Of a DNA stretch of 39,640 nt, positions 7,719 through 14,367 are shown in pieces (position 1 is the stretch's first letter; the number at the start of each line of letters is the position of its first letter). A program made the translations under genes and the position numbers. The notes under the pieces are model-generated. The model was not told where the DNA came from and ran no database searches. It was given only the letters and a program-made list of their open reading frames with translations. The DNA is taken from IMG/VR virus record IMGVR_UViG_2563366929_000005. One strand, written 5' to 3'. This DNA comes from a virus (taxonomy: Duplodnaviria > Heunggongvirae > Uroviricota > Caudoviricetes).

Positions 7719-7787
7719 ATGAGTCGACCAATAGAGCCTTTTCATATTCCACCTCGTCCCAGGCCACCAGATCCAGGCCCAAAGTGA
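7719..7787 (+). CDS. Proline-rich micro-ORF C (22 aa): MSRPIEPFHIPPRPRPPDPGPK
   Basis: ATG preceded by TAGGATTGGATA (an AGGA Shine-Dalgarno with 7-nt spacing). The core is HIPPRPRPPDP. The terminator hairpin starts 25 nt downstream. Confidence 0.4.
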   Translation: MSRPIEPFHIPPRPRPPDPGPK

Positions 7788-7801
7788 GGGTTACTGATTT
7801 T

Positions 7802-7810
7802 TAAAGAGCG
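7802..7810 (-). promoter_or_regulatory. boxA-like element (CGCTCTTTA) of a candidate nutL
   Basis: The minus strand reads CGCTCTTTAAAAATCAGTAACCCTCACTTTGGGCC about 100 nt downstream of the putative pL. Compare lambda nutR, recalled as CGCTCTTAAAAATTAAGCCCTGAAGAAGGGC. The boxB-like hairpin is weak (3 bp). Confidence 0.4.
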
Positions 7811-7811
7811 A

Positions 7812-7834
7812 AGCGTCCGGTAGGGCGCTTTTTT
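7812..7834 (+). terminator. Intrinsic terminator of the plus-strand accessory mini-operon
   Basis: AGCGTCC-GGTA-GGGCGCT hairpin (one G.U pair) followed by TTTTTT. Confidence 0.65.
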
Positions 7835-7917
7835 GGTACTAACGAATCATCCTGGACTTCATATGCCCCAGGCGGCTACTTCGTGGGCGTCCTGCCTGTT
7901 CGTTATCTTTGATATAA

Positions 7918-7946
7918 AATCTAACTTAACTTAGTTTTAATGGCAA
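7918..7946 (-). promoter_or_regulatory. Putative pL promoter with an overlapping OL operator
   Basis: The minus strand reads TTGCCA-17 nt-TAGATT. The spacer contains ACTAAGTTAAGTTAGA, a 12/16 match to the OR palindrome ACTAAGTAATCTTAGT. Confidence 0.5.
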
Positions 7947-7981
7947 GAGAAAACACCAAACTTTTCTTAGTTCGGTGTTTT
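7945..7981 (-). terminator. Hairpin downstream of the repressor gene (probable cI terminator)
   Basis: AAAACACC (7950-7957) pairs with GGTGTTTT (7974-7981). On the minus strand the stem is followed by a T-rich CTCTT. Confidence 0.5.
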
Positions 7982-8000
7982 GGTTAGAGAAAAGGGGGGG

Positions 8001-8627
8001 CTAGAGTTCGTATTGAACTCCTTTGACTACACCAATGATGAGGCAATTACCATTGATCGGGATGTTGGGGTACCGGGGATTTAATGGCACTAAAAACTTT
8101 TGAGGGCCATCGATAACTAATTTTTTTACTGTGGCTTCGTTTGTTCCATCAAGTCTAGCGATGACTATTTTTCCATGCCGGGGTTCTGCATCAGGATCTA
8201 CAATCACTGTTGCGCCTTCTGGTATTGTTGGGAGGCCGTTAGGGTTAGTCATGGAGTCGCCTTTAACCTCCAATGCAAATGAGTTATCACCAATCTTTAA
8301 TGATGTATCTACCCACTTGTCTACTTCACTAAACACTTCTGCTGTCCTGCACTCAGTAAACTGCCCAGCCTGAACCCACGAGATTACAGGAACTCTGCGC
8401 ATGTTTGTGACGAGTTTGCCTTCAAACTCCGCACCATAAAGAATGTAATCTATTGACGTATTGAAGAACTTCGCTAATTTTGAAAGTGCTTCCCCACCAG
8501 GGACATTGATGTCTTTCTCCCAGTACCCCACAGCAACGTCACTTACTCCACAAAATTTACCCAATTCTTTCTGGGACGTTCTGGTAACTCTTCTCAGAGC
8601 TTTTATACGCTGACCAACCGTTTCCAT
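8001..8627 (-). CDS. cI: CI-like prophage repressor (HTH_XRE N-terminus plus S24 LexA-type autopeptidase C-terminus)
   Basis: 208 aa. The HTH is QKELGKFCGVSDVAVGYWEKD. There is an Ala-Gly cleavage region (VQAGQF), a Ser motif (GDSM) and a Lys motif (TVKKL). The gene is divergent from the cro-like gene. Confidence 0.9.
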   Translation of the reverse strand: METVGQRIKALRRVTRTSQKELGKFCGVSDVAVGYWEKDINVPGGEALSKLAKFFNTSIDYILYGAEFEGKLVTNMRRVPVISWVQAGQFTECRTAEVFSEVDKWVDTSLKIGDNSFALEVKGDSMTNPNGLPTIPEGATVIVDPDAEPRHGKIVIARLDGTNEATVKKLVIDGPQKFLVPLNPRYPNIPINGNCLIIGVVKGVQYEL

Positions 8628-8648
8628 AGGAGCACCATTTCTTTAATT

Positions 8649-8698
8649 ACTAAGTAATCTTAGTTTTTATTGACCTAAGATAGATTGATAATTAACAT
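8649..8698. promoter_or_regulatory. OR operator palindrome plus putative PR promoter
   Basis: A perfect 16-bp inverted repeat ACTAAG-TAAT-CTTAGT lies at 8649-8664. A candidate PR has TTGACC (8670-8675), a 17-nt spacer and TAACAT (8693-8698), upstream of cro. Confidence 0.55.
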
Positions 8699-8724
8699 CT
8701 AATAAAACTTAGTTTGGAGGGCAT

Positions 8725-8925
8725 ATGACGACTGACGATATCGAAAGCTACTTCGGCAGCATTGAGAAAGTTGCTGCTTTTTTCGGCATAACAACTGAAG
8801 CCGTTTATCAGTGGCGAAACCGTCCTGGCCAGTTAATTCCAAAAGGACGTGCAGCAGAGGCTGCATATAGAACTTGCGGACGGTTGCCATTTAAACCTGA
8901 GCTTTATGAAAAATCTAATGGATAA
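8725..8925 (+). CDS. cro: Cro-like / YdaS-family HTH regulator
   Basis: 66 aa. KVAAFFGITTEAVYQWRN is an HTH. It is the first rightward gene opposite the repressor, with a GGAGGG Shine-Dalgarno. Confidence 0.8.
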   Translation: MTTDDIESYFGSIEKVAAFFGITTEAVYQWRNRPGQLIPKGRAAEAAYRTCGRLPFKPELYEKSNG

Positions 8926-9547
8926 ATCGATTTACAGAAACCACAGATATGAGGGCTTAAACGTGGGTAAAGAACCTGAATGGAAAGTTGATAAGCAACC
9001 AGCATGGCTGGTGGCAGCAATACGAAGAACGATTGCTGATTTACCTCATGGCTATGAGGAAGCAGCAGAAATTCTTGGTTTGTATAAATCTGATGATATC
9101 ACCCCAGCAAAAGATCAATTGCATAACAGACTGCGTAGCGGTGGGGATCAAATTTTTCCACTTGAGTGGGCCATGGTTTTACAGGATGCCAGTGGTACCA
9201 GGCATGTAACGGATGCAATAGCCCGTCGTAGTAATGGGGTGTTTGTGCCGCTGGTGGTCATTGATGACATTGACAATGGTGACATTAATCAGCGGCTGAT
9301 GGAGTCAATAGAATGGATTGGCAAGCATTCCCAGTACTTACGCAAGGCAACTGCTGATGGAGTTATTGACCAAGCTGAGCGTGAGCAAATCGAAGAGAAC
9401 AGCTACCAAGTAATGGCGAAGTGGCAGGAGCATTTAACACTGTTATTTCGTGTTTTTTGTGCGCCGGAAAAGAGTAACGCCCGCGAGTGTGCAGCTCCGG
9501 GCGTCGTGGCGTCGATTGCTTCTGGTTGTGGAGAAACTAACGCATGA
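8918..9547 (+). CDS. CII-like regulatory protein (CP76/YmfL-like)
   Basis: About 209 aa counted from MDKSIY (alternative ATG at 8906), overlapping the cro stop. The pattern ..[26 protein letters not shown].. is typical of the phage CII (CP76) family. Its position after cro fits. Confidence 0.6.
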   Translation: MDKSIYRNHRYEGLNVGKEPEWKVDKQPAWLVAAIRRTIADLPHGYEEAAEILGLYKSDDITPAKDQLHNRLRSGGDQIFPLEWAMVLQDASGTRHVTDAIARRSNGVFVPLVVIDDIDNGDINQRLMESIEWIGKHSQYLRKATADGVIDQAEREQIEENSYQVMAKWQEHLTLLFRVFCAPEKSNARECAAPGVVASIASGCGETNA

Positions 9548-9882
9548 ACAGTTTAACAACACACTACCGTCGCTCGCAACTGATTGCGCTTCCTGTGCCG
9601 GGTGGAAAAGCGAAGGTGGAGTATTGCTATGCAGTGAATGTACCAGGTGACAGGGAAATTGTAACCCACAGCTTTGCAGAGTGGGCTGTGGGTGATTTCA
9701 ACCGGCAGAAGGAGACAGTCCTTTGCGACAAGTTAACCGCTGGTTCAAAGATCACTACGGAGTGCCCGTCAGAGTCATTCGTTGGGAGCCGGAAACACAA
9801 CGGGTTATCTACCTCCGTGAAGGCTATGAACATGAATGCTTCAGTCCGCTCGAACAGTTTCGTCGTAAATTCAGGGAAATAG
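9544..9882 (+). CDS. Hypothetical protein (the 3' half is doubtful)
   Basis: 112-aa ORF coupled to the upstream stop (ATGA). Its last 160 nt overlap a better-supported ORF in another frame. Confidence 0.3.
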   Translation: MNSLTTHYRRSQLIALPVPGGKAKVEYCYAVNVPGDREIVTHSFAEWAVGDFNRQKETVLCDKLTAGSKITTECPSESFVGSRKHNGLSTSVKAMNMNASVRSNSFVVNSGK

Positions 9883-9935
9883 AGGTCGGTCATGAGCCTG
9901 TTAATGACATCCCAGCCCATTGTGATAAATCGTGA
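9723..9935 (+). CDS. DUF4222-like small protein (TTG start)
   Basis: 70 aa. A strong AAGGAG Shine-Dalgarno sits 9 nt upstream of TTG. The sequence [33 protein letters not shown] resembles the DUF4222 family common in lambdoid phages. Confidence 0.55.
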   Translation: MRQVNRWFKDHYGVPVRVIRWEPETQRVIYLREGYEHECFSPLEQFRRKFREIEVGHEPVNDIPAHCDKS

Positions 9936-10884
9936 TCTTGCATGCCGTATTGGTCTGAATGAGGCAATTGTGTTGCAGCAGCTTCATTACTGGCTGAATG
10001 AAACGAATTCAGGCACTGAGCATGGCGGAATTCGCTGGGTTTATAACACGACAGAACAGTGGCTGGAGCAGTTTCCGTTCTGGTCAGAGTCCACTCTGAA
10101 ACGCACATTTGCAAGCCTGAAATCACTTGGGGTTTTGCGTCGCGAGCAACTCAATAAATCGAAGCGTGACATGACCAACTTCTACACGATCAACTATGAA
10201 AGTGAGCTTTTAGAAGAGGTCAAAGTGAACGAATCCATCAGGTCAAAATGCACTTCTCCATCGGGTCAAAGTGACCTGATGGATGGGCGCAAAATGACAC
10301 GATCCATTGGTTCAAAACGACACGCTGTCATCGGGTCAAAATGGCCCAATGATCTTACAGAGAATACAACAGAGATTACTACAGAGAATAAAACCTCTTC
10401 TCGTCCGGACGCTTCGCAACCGGACACGCAAACGGCTGAACAGGATTTTTTAACTCGCCATCCTGATGCGGTTGTATTCAGCCCTAAAAAGCGCCAGTGG
10501 GGGACGCAGGATGATTTGACCTGCGCACAGTGGCTCTGGAAAAAAATCATCGCCCTGTACGAGCATGCCGCCGAATGTGACGGCGAGGTGGTTCGTCCCA
10601 AAGAACCGAACTGGACAGCATGGGCAAACGAAATTCGCCTGATGTGTGTGCAGGATGGTCGTACTCATAAACAAATCTGCGAGATGTACAGCCGCGTCAG
10701 TCGCGATCCGTTCTGGTGCCGTAACGTGCTCAGCCCGTCGAAGCTGCGGGAAAAATGGGATGAGCTTTCCCTGCGCTTATCGCCGTCCGTCAGCACGTAC
10801 ACCGAAAAACGCGAAGACCCGTACTTCAAAGCCAGTTACGACAACGTGGACTACAGCCAGATCCCGGCAGGATTCAGGGGGTGA
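9892..10884 (+). CDS. Replication initiator (O-like) with an internal origin
   Basis: 330 aa with an N-terminal wHTH-like region. The iteron array lies inside the coding sequence, as in lambda O. Confidence 0.85.
   Translation: MSLLMTSQPIVINRDLACRIGLNEAIVLQQLHYWLNETNSGTEHGGIRWVYNTTEQWLEQFPFWSESTLKRTFASLKSLGVLRREQLNKSKRDMTNFYTINYESELLEEVKVNESIRSKCTSPSGQSDLMDGRKMTRSIGSKRHAVIGSKWPNDLTENTTEITTENKTSSRPDASQPDTQTAEQDFLTRHPDAVVFSPKKRQWGTQDDLTCAQWLWKKIIALYEHAAECDGEVVRPKEPNWTAWANEIRLMCVQDGRTHKQICEMYSRVSRDPFWCRNVLSPSKLREKWDELSLRLSPSVSTYTEKREDPYFKASYDNVDYSQIPAGFRG
10218..10343 (+). repeat. Origin iterons: six copies of GGTCAAA[AG]TG-like repeats at 23-bp periodicity
   Basis: Perfect copies start at 10218, 10241, 10264 and 10334. 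Degenerate copies start at about 10287 and 10309. Confidence 0.8.
10357..10390 (+). repeat. Three 12-bp-spaced ACAGAGAWTA repeats next to the iterons (probable unwinding or ori accessory region)
   Basis: ACAGAGAATA at 10357, ACAGAGATTA at 10369 and ACAGAGAATA at 10381. Confidence 0.5.
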
Positions 10885-11375
10885 TCATGAGTCTTTTGAA
10901 TGACGTTCAGAAATTCATTGAAGCCCATCCGGGGTGTACTTCCGGAGACATTGCGGATGCTTTTGCAGGTTACTCACGACAGCGCGTTCTGCAGTCAGCA
11001 AGCAAGTTACGTCAGAGTGGGCGTGTGGCTCACCGTTGTGAAGGGGATACACGCAGACATTTCCCGCGGCTGACTGAGATACCGCAGGAGCCGGAACCGC
11101 AACCAGTTCGTGAATCCAGACCTGTGCGCAATTTCTATGTCGGCACTAACGATCCCCGGGTGATTTTGTGCCTGACCCGCCAGGCGGAAGAACTGGAGTC
11201 CAGGGGCTTATACCGTCGTGCTGCAACGGTGTGGATGGCGGCATTCCGTGAAAGCCACTCCCAGCAAGAGCGAAACAATTTTCTTGCGCGTCGTGAGCGG
11301 TGTTTACGGAAAAGCAGCAAGCGCGCTGTATCGGGTGAAGAGTGGTATCTGTCAGGGAATTACGTGGGGGCTTAA
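10881..11375 (+). CDS. PerC/Pch-family-like transcriptional regulator (N-terminal wHTH-like region plus PerC-like C-terminus)
   Basis: 164 aa. AEELESRGLYRRAATVWMAAF...ERNNFLARRERCLRK resembles the PerC signature (LE..GLWRRAA..W....RR..C). Confidence 0.55.
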   Translation: MIMSLLNDVQKFIEAHPGCTSGDIADAFAGYSRQRVLQSASKLRQSGRVAHRCEGDTRRHFPRLTEIPQEPEPQPVRESRPVRNFYVGTNDPRVILCLTRQAEELESRGLYRRAATVWMAAFRESHSQQERNNFLARRERCLRKSSKRAVSGEEWYLSGNYVGA

Positions 11376-11701
11376 TGACGACGTTAACTCAATGCCAGCA
11401 GCAGGTGCTGGATATGCTGATTTCTTACCAGAAAGAACGTGGCTTCCCGCCAACCAATCAGGAGGTGGCTACCATGCTGGGATACCGTTCAGTGAATGCA
11501 GCGGTGGAGCATCTTCGCGCACTGGAGAAAAAAGGCGTCATCACGATAAAGCGTGGCGTGGCCCGGGGCATCACGCTTCATACCGCGGTGAAGGACGACG
11601 ACAGCGAGGTGGCCGGGATTATCCGCGCACTGCTTGCTGGTGAGGAAAACGCCAGGCTGCGTGCAGCCCACTGGTTACATGAGAGGGGGCTGAAAGTATG
11701 A
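11375..11701 (+). CDS. LexA DNA-binding-domain-only protein (no S24 peptidase domain)
   Basis: 108 aa counted from MTTLTQCQQQVLDML (TAATG overlap). It aligns by eye with E. coli LexA residues 1-70: LT..QQ.V.D.I....G.PPT..E.A..LG.RS.NAA.EHL.AL..KGVI.I..G..RGI.L. Confidence 0.8.
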   Translation: MTTLTQCQQQVLDMLISYQKERGFPPTNQEVATMLGYRSVNAAVEHLRALEKKGVITIKRGVARGITLHTAVKDDDSEVAGIIRALLAGEENARLRAAHWLHERGLKV

Positions 11702-12087
11702 AGCTGATTCTGCCTTTTCCACCCAGCGTGAACACCTACTGGCGACACCCCAACAAAGGGGCATTTGCTGGTAAGAGCCTGATAAGCGCGGCGGGGCGAA
11801 AATTCCAGAGTGCGGCGTGCACAGCAATAGTTGAGCAGTTACGTCGTCTGCCGAAACCAACGTCGGCACCTGCTTCAGTGGAGATCGTGTTGTTTCCTCC
11901 GGATAACCGGATCCGCGATCTGGACAACTATAACAAGGCGCTGTTTGACGCCCTGACCCACGCGGGTGTGTGGGAAGACGACAGCCAGGTGAAAAGAATG
12001 CTGGTGGAGTGGGGACCGGTTATCCCGGAAGGGAAGGTCGAGATCACTATCAGTAAGTACGAGAAAACTGCGGGTGCAGCCGCCTGA
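11698..12087 (+). CDS. rusA: RusA Holliday-junction resolvase
   Basis: 129 aa. The RusA signature is present: LPFPPSVNTYWR...RDLDNYNKALFDALTHAGVWEDDSQV. Confidence 0.95.
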   Translation: MKLILPFPPSVNTYWRHPNKGAFAGKSLISAAGRKFQSAACTAIVEQLRRLPKPTSAPASVEIVLFPPDNRIRDLDNYNKALFDALTHAGVWEDDSQVKRMLVEWGPVIPEGKVEITISKYEKTAGAAA

Positions 12088-12106
12088 TTAAGAGGAGAAA
12101 CGAAGT

Positions 12107-12904
12107 ATGAATAATCTGATGGTCATTGATGGTATTGAAGTTCGTCGTGATGCTTATGGTCGTTACAGCCTGAACGATCTGCACAGGGCTGCCGGTTCTC
12201 TGGATAAGCATAAGCCTGCATTCTGGCTCCGCAATGAGCAAACTGAACGTTTAATAAGCGAGTTGCAGATTTGCAACTCGGTCAATATAGAGCCAGTTAA
12301 CGTTATTCGTGGCGGAAATAACCAGGGGACGTATGTCTGCAAAGAACTGGTGTATGCCTATGCAATGTGGATCAGTCCGTCATTCCATCTGAAGGTGATC
12401 CGTACTTTCGATACGGTAACCAGCGCACCGGAAAAATTATCCGGGCAGGCTGCTGACAAGATGCAGGCTGGTGTGATTCTGCTGGACTTTATGCGTCGGG
12501 AGTTAAACCTGTCTAACTCATCTGTGCTTGGTGCCTGTCAGAAACTCCAGGAGGCTGTTGGCTTACCGAATCTGGCACCGCGCTATGCCATTGATGCTCC
12601 TGCCGATGCACCCGATGGCTCAAGTCGCCCCACGCTGTCGCTAAGTGCACTGCTGAAACAGTATGGTATCCGCCTGACGGCTAATCAGGCATATCACCAG
12701 ATGGTGAAGCTGGGGATCGTCGAGCAGCGCGAACGATACAGCCGTACCGCGATTAACAACATCAAAAAATTCTGGTCGCTGACGGCGAAAGGCTGCATGT
12801 TCGGCAAGAACATCACCAGTCCTGCAAATCCGCGCGAGACGCAGCCGCACTTCTTCGAATCCCGATTCCCTGAGCTGTTAAAGCTGCTCGATACCGTTCA
12901 TTGA
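12107..12904 (+). CDS. KilA-N domain protein (putative antirepressor-type)
   Basis: 265 aa with an N-terminal KilA-N pattern: YSLNDLHRAAG...KPAFWLRNEQT...GTYVCKELVYAYAMWISPSFHLKVI. Confidence 0.85.
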   Translation: MNNLMVIDGIEVRRDAYGRYSLNDLHRAAGSLDKHKPAFWLRNEQTERLISELQICNSVNIEPVNVIRGGNNQGTYVCKELVYAYAMWISPSFHLKVIRTFDTVTSAPEKLSGQAADKMQAGVILLDFMRRELNLSNSSVLGACQKLQEAVGLPNLAPRYAIDAPADAPDGSSRPTLSLSALLKQYGIRLTANQAYHQMVKLGIVEQRERYSRTAINNIKKFWSLTAKGCMFGKNITSPANPRETQPHFFESRFPELLKLLDTVH

Positions 12905-12905
12905 G

Positions 12906-13901
12906 GTGACCGTGAGAGCACTACTGACCCCTGAAATTGCCCCGCGTATGGGGATCGTATTGTTCAGACCAGGTTCAGAGCTGATGCCCCTGTTTATGCA
13001 GGGGCGTGTCCTGCTGGAGCCTGAGCCGGAACGTTATTCATCTTTCGCCAGTGGTGCCGTTCCGGCGGCATCACAACCGCTGGCGGATGATCCTGCCGTT
13101 CGGGCCGTGTTCCGCAATGAGGCAGTGATCCGTCGTGCTGGTGGCGTGGAATGTCTTGAAAGCTGGTTACTTCGTGAAAAAGGCTGCCAGTGGCCTCATT
13201 CCGACTGGCACAGCGAGAACATGACCACAATGCGGCACGCTCCGGGCGCAATCCGTCTGTGCTGGCACTGCGATAACCAGTTGCGCGATCAGTTCACGGA
13301 ACGGCTGGAATCAATGGCAACGGATAACTGTGCCCGCTGGGTGTTATCTGTTGTGCGCCGTGATCTCGGTTTTGATGACAGTCACGTTGTGACAATGCCG
13401 GAACTGTGCTGGTGGCTGGTTCGTAATGACCTGGCGGATGCCTTACCGGAAAGTGCAGCCCGTAAGGCACTGAGATTACCGAAGCCTGTTGTGCCGTCTG
13501 TCACCCGGGAGAGTGACCTTGTTCCTTCGGTTCCTGCCACCAGCATTATCCAGGATAAAGCGAAAAAGGTGCTGGCGCTGAAAGTGGATCCGGAGTCGCC
13601 GGAGTCTTTTATGTTACGCCCAAAACGTCGCCGCTGGGTTAATGAAAAGTACACGCGCTGGGTTAAGACACAGCCGTGTGCATGTTGTGGAAAGCCAGCT
13701 GATGATCCCCACCACCTGATAGGCCACGGTCAGGGGGGAATGGGTACAAAAGCGCATGACCTCTTTGTGTTGCCTTTGTGCAGAAAGCATCACGACGAGC
13801 TGCATGCGGATACCGTGGCATTTGAAGAGAAGTATGGCTCCCAGCTGGAGCTGATATTTCGTTTTATCGATCGTGCGCTGGCAATTGGCGTGCTGGCCTG
13901 A
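12906..13901 (+). CDS. DUF968 (YdfU-like) protein with a C-terminal Cys/His HNH-like motif
   Basis: 331 aa with a GTG start. The C-terminus reads QPCACCGKPADDPHHL...LPLCRKHHDELH. Confidence 0.8.
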   Translation: MTVRALLTPEIAPRMGIVLFRPGSELMPLFMQGRVLLEPEPERYSSFASGAVPAASQPLADDPAVRAVFRNEAVIRRAGGVECLESWLLREKGCQWPHSDWHSENMTTMRHAPGAIRLCWHCDNQLRDQFTERLESMATDNCARWVLSVVRRDLGFDDSHVVTMPELCWWLVRNDLADALPESAARKALRLPKPVVPSVTRESDLVPSVPATSIIQDKAKKVLALKVDPESPESFMLRPKRRRWVNEKYTRWVKTQPCACCGKPADDPHHLIGHGQGGMGTKAHDLFVLPLCRKHHDELHADTVAFEEKYGSQLELIFRFIDRALAIGVLA

Positions 13902-13918
13902 TTTTGTGGAGAAAGTTG

Positions 13919-14299
13919 ATGCGTGATATTCAGATGGTTCTTGAACGCTGGGGGGCATGGGCTGCAAGTGGTAACACCGGGGTGGACTATTCTCCGATCG
14001 CTGCCGGATTCAAAGGACTTTTACCATCTGCCACTAAACCACGTCCGGCCTGCTGCGATGATGACGGACTTATCATTGAAAACTGTCTTGCTCGTCTGAA
14101 GCAGAAAAAACCTGAGGAGTATTCGCTTCTCATTGCTCATTATTTGTTGCGAATATCAAAAAGACAGATAGCCAGGACGAGAAAGAAAAGCGAAAAAGCA
14201 ATACGAATTGAGATGCAGATAGCCGAAGGGTTTATTGACGGATGTTTGTCTGTGCTGGGGGTAAGACTGGAGATGGACGACTGGCTGCTAAAAAAGTAA
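13919..14299 (+). CDS. Q: Late-gene antiterminator Q (QuuD/phage-82 type)
   Basis: 126 aa counted from MRDIQMVLERWGAWAA..IAAGFKGL. This closely resembles my recollection of the DLP12 QuuD N-terminus. The upstream TTG in the track ORF is rejected. Confidence 0.9.
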   Translation: MRDIQMVLERWGAWAASGNTGVDYSPIAAGFKGLLPSATKPRPACCDDDGLIIENCLARLKQKKPEEYSLLIAHYLLRISKRQIARTRKKSEKAIRIEMQIAEGFIDGCLSVLGVRLEMDDWLLKK

Positions 14300-14367
14300 A
14301 AAATGATTAGTGCGGTCCGCAAAAAGTATGTCAGTATGTTAAGAGTGGTTACTTCGCCACACAGCTT

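Noticed and set aside
7434-7745. A 103-aa minus-strand ORF sitting exactly where an N antiterminator would be. It lies just after the boxA-like motif and has a GAGGTGG Shine-Dalgarno-like sequence.
   Set aside because: It has no arginine-rich N-terminal motif and a Ser/Val/Leu-rich composition. Its frame is wobble-aligned with the plus-strand 164-aa gene, the classic shadow frame. Its Shine-Dalgarno-like sequence is simply the complement of the Pro codons of micro-ORF C. It remains a formal alternative to the plus-strand reading and should be tested by Ribo-seq.
10218-10343. A regularly spaced short repeat array that could superficially suggest a CRISPR-like locus.
   Set aside because: The repeats are 10-11 bp at 23-bp periodicity, inside an initiator gene, with no cas genes nearby. 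These are replication iterons.
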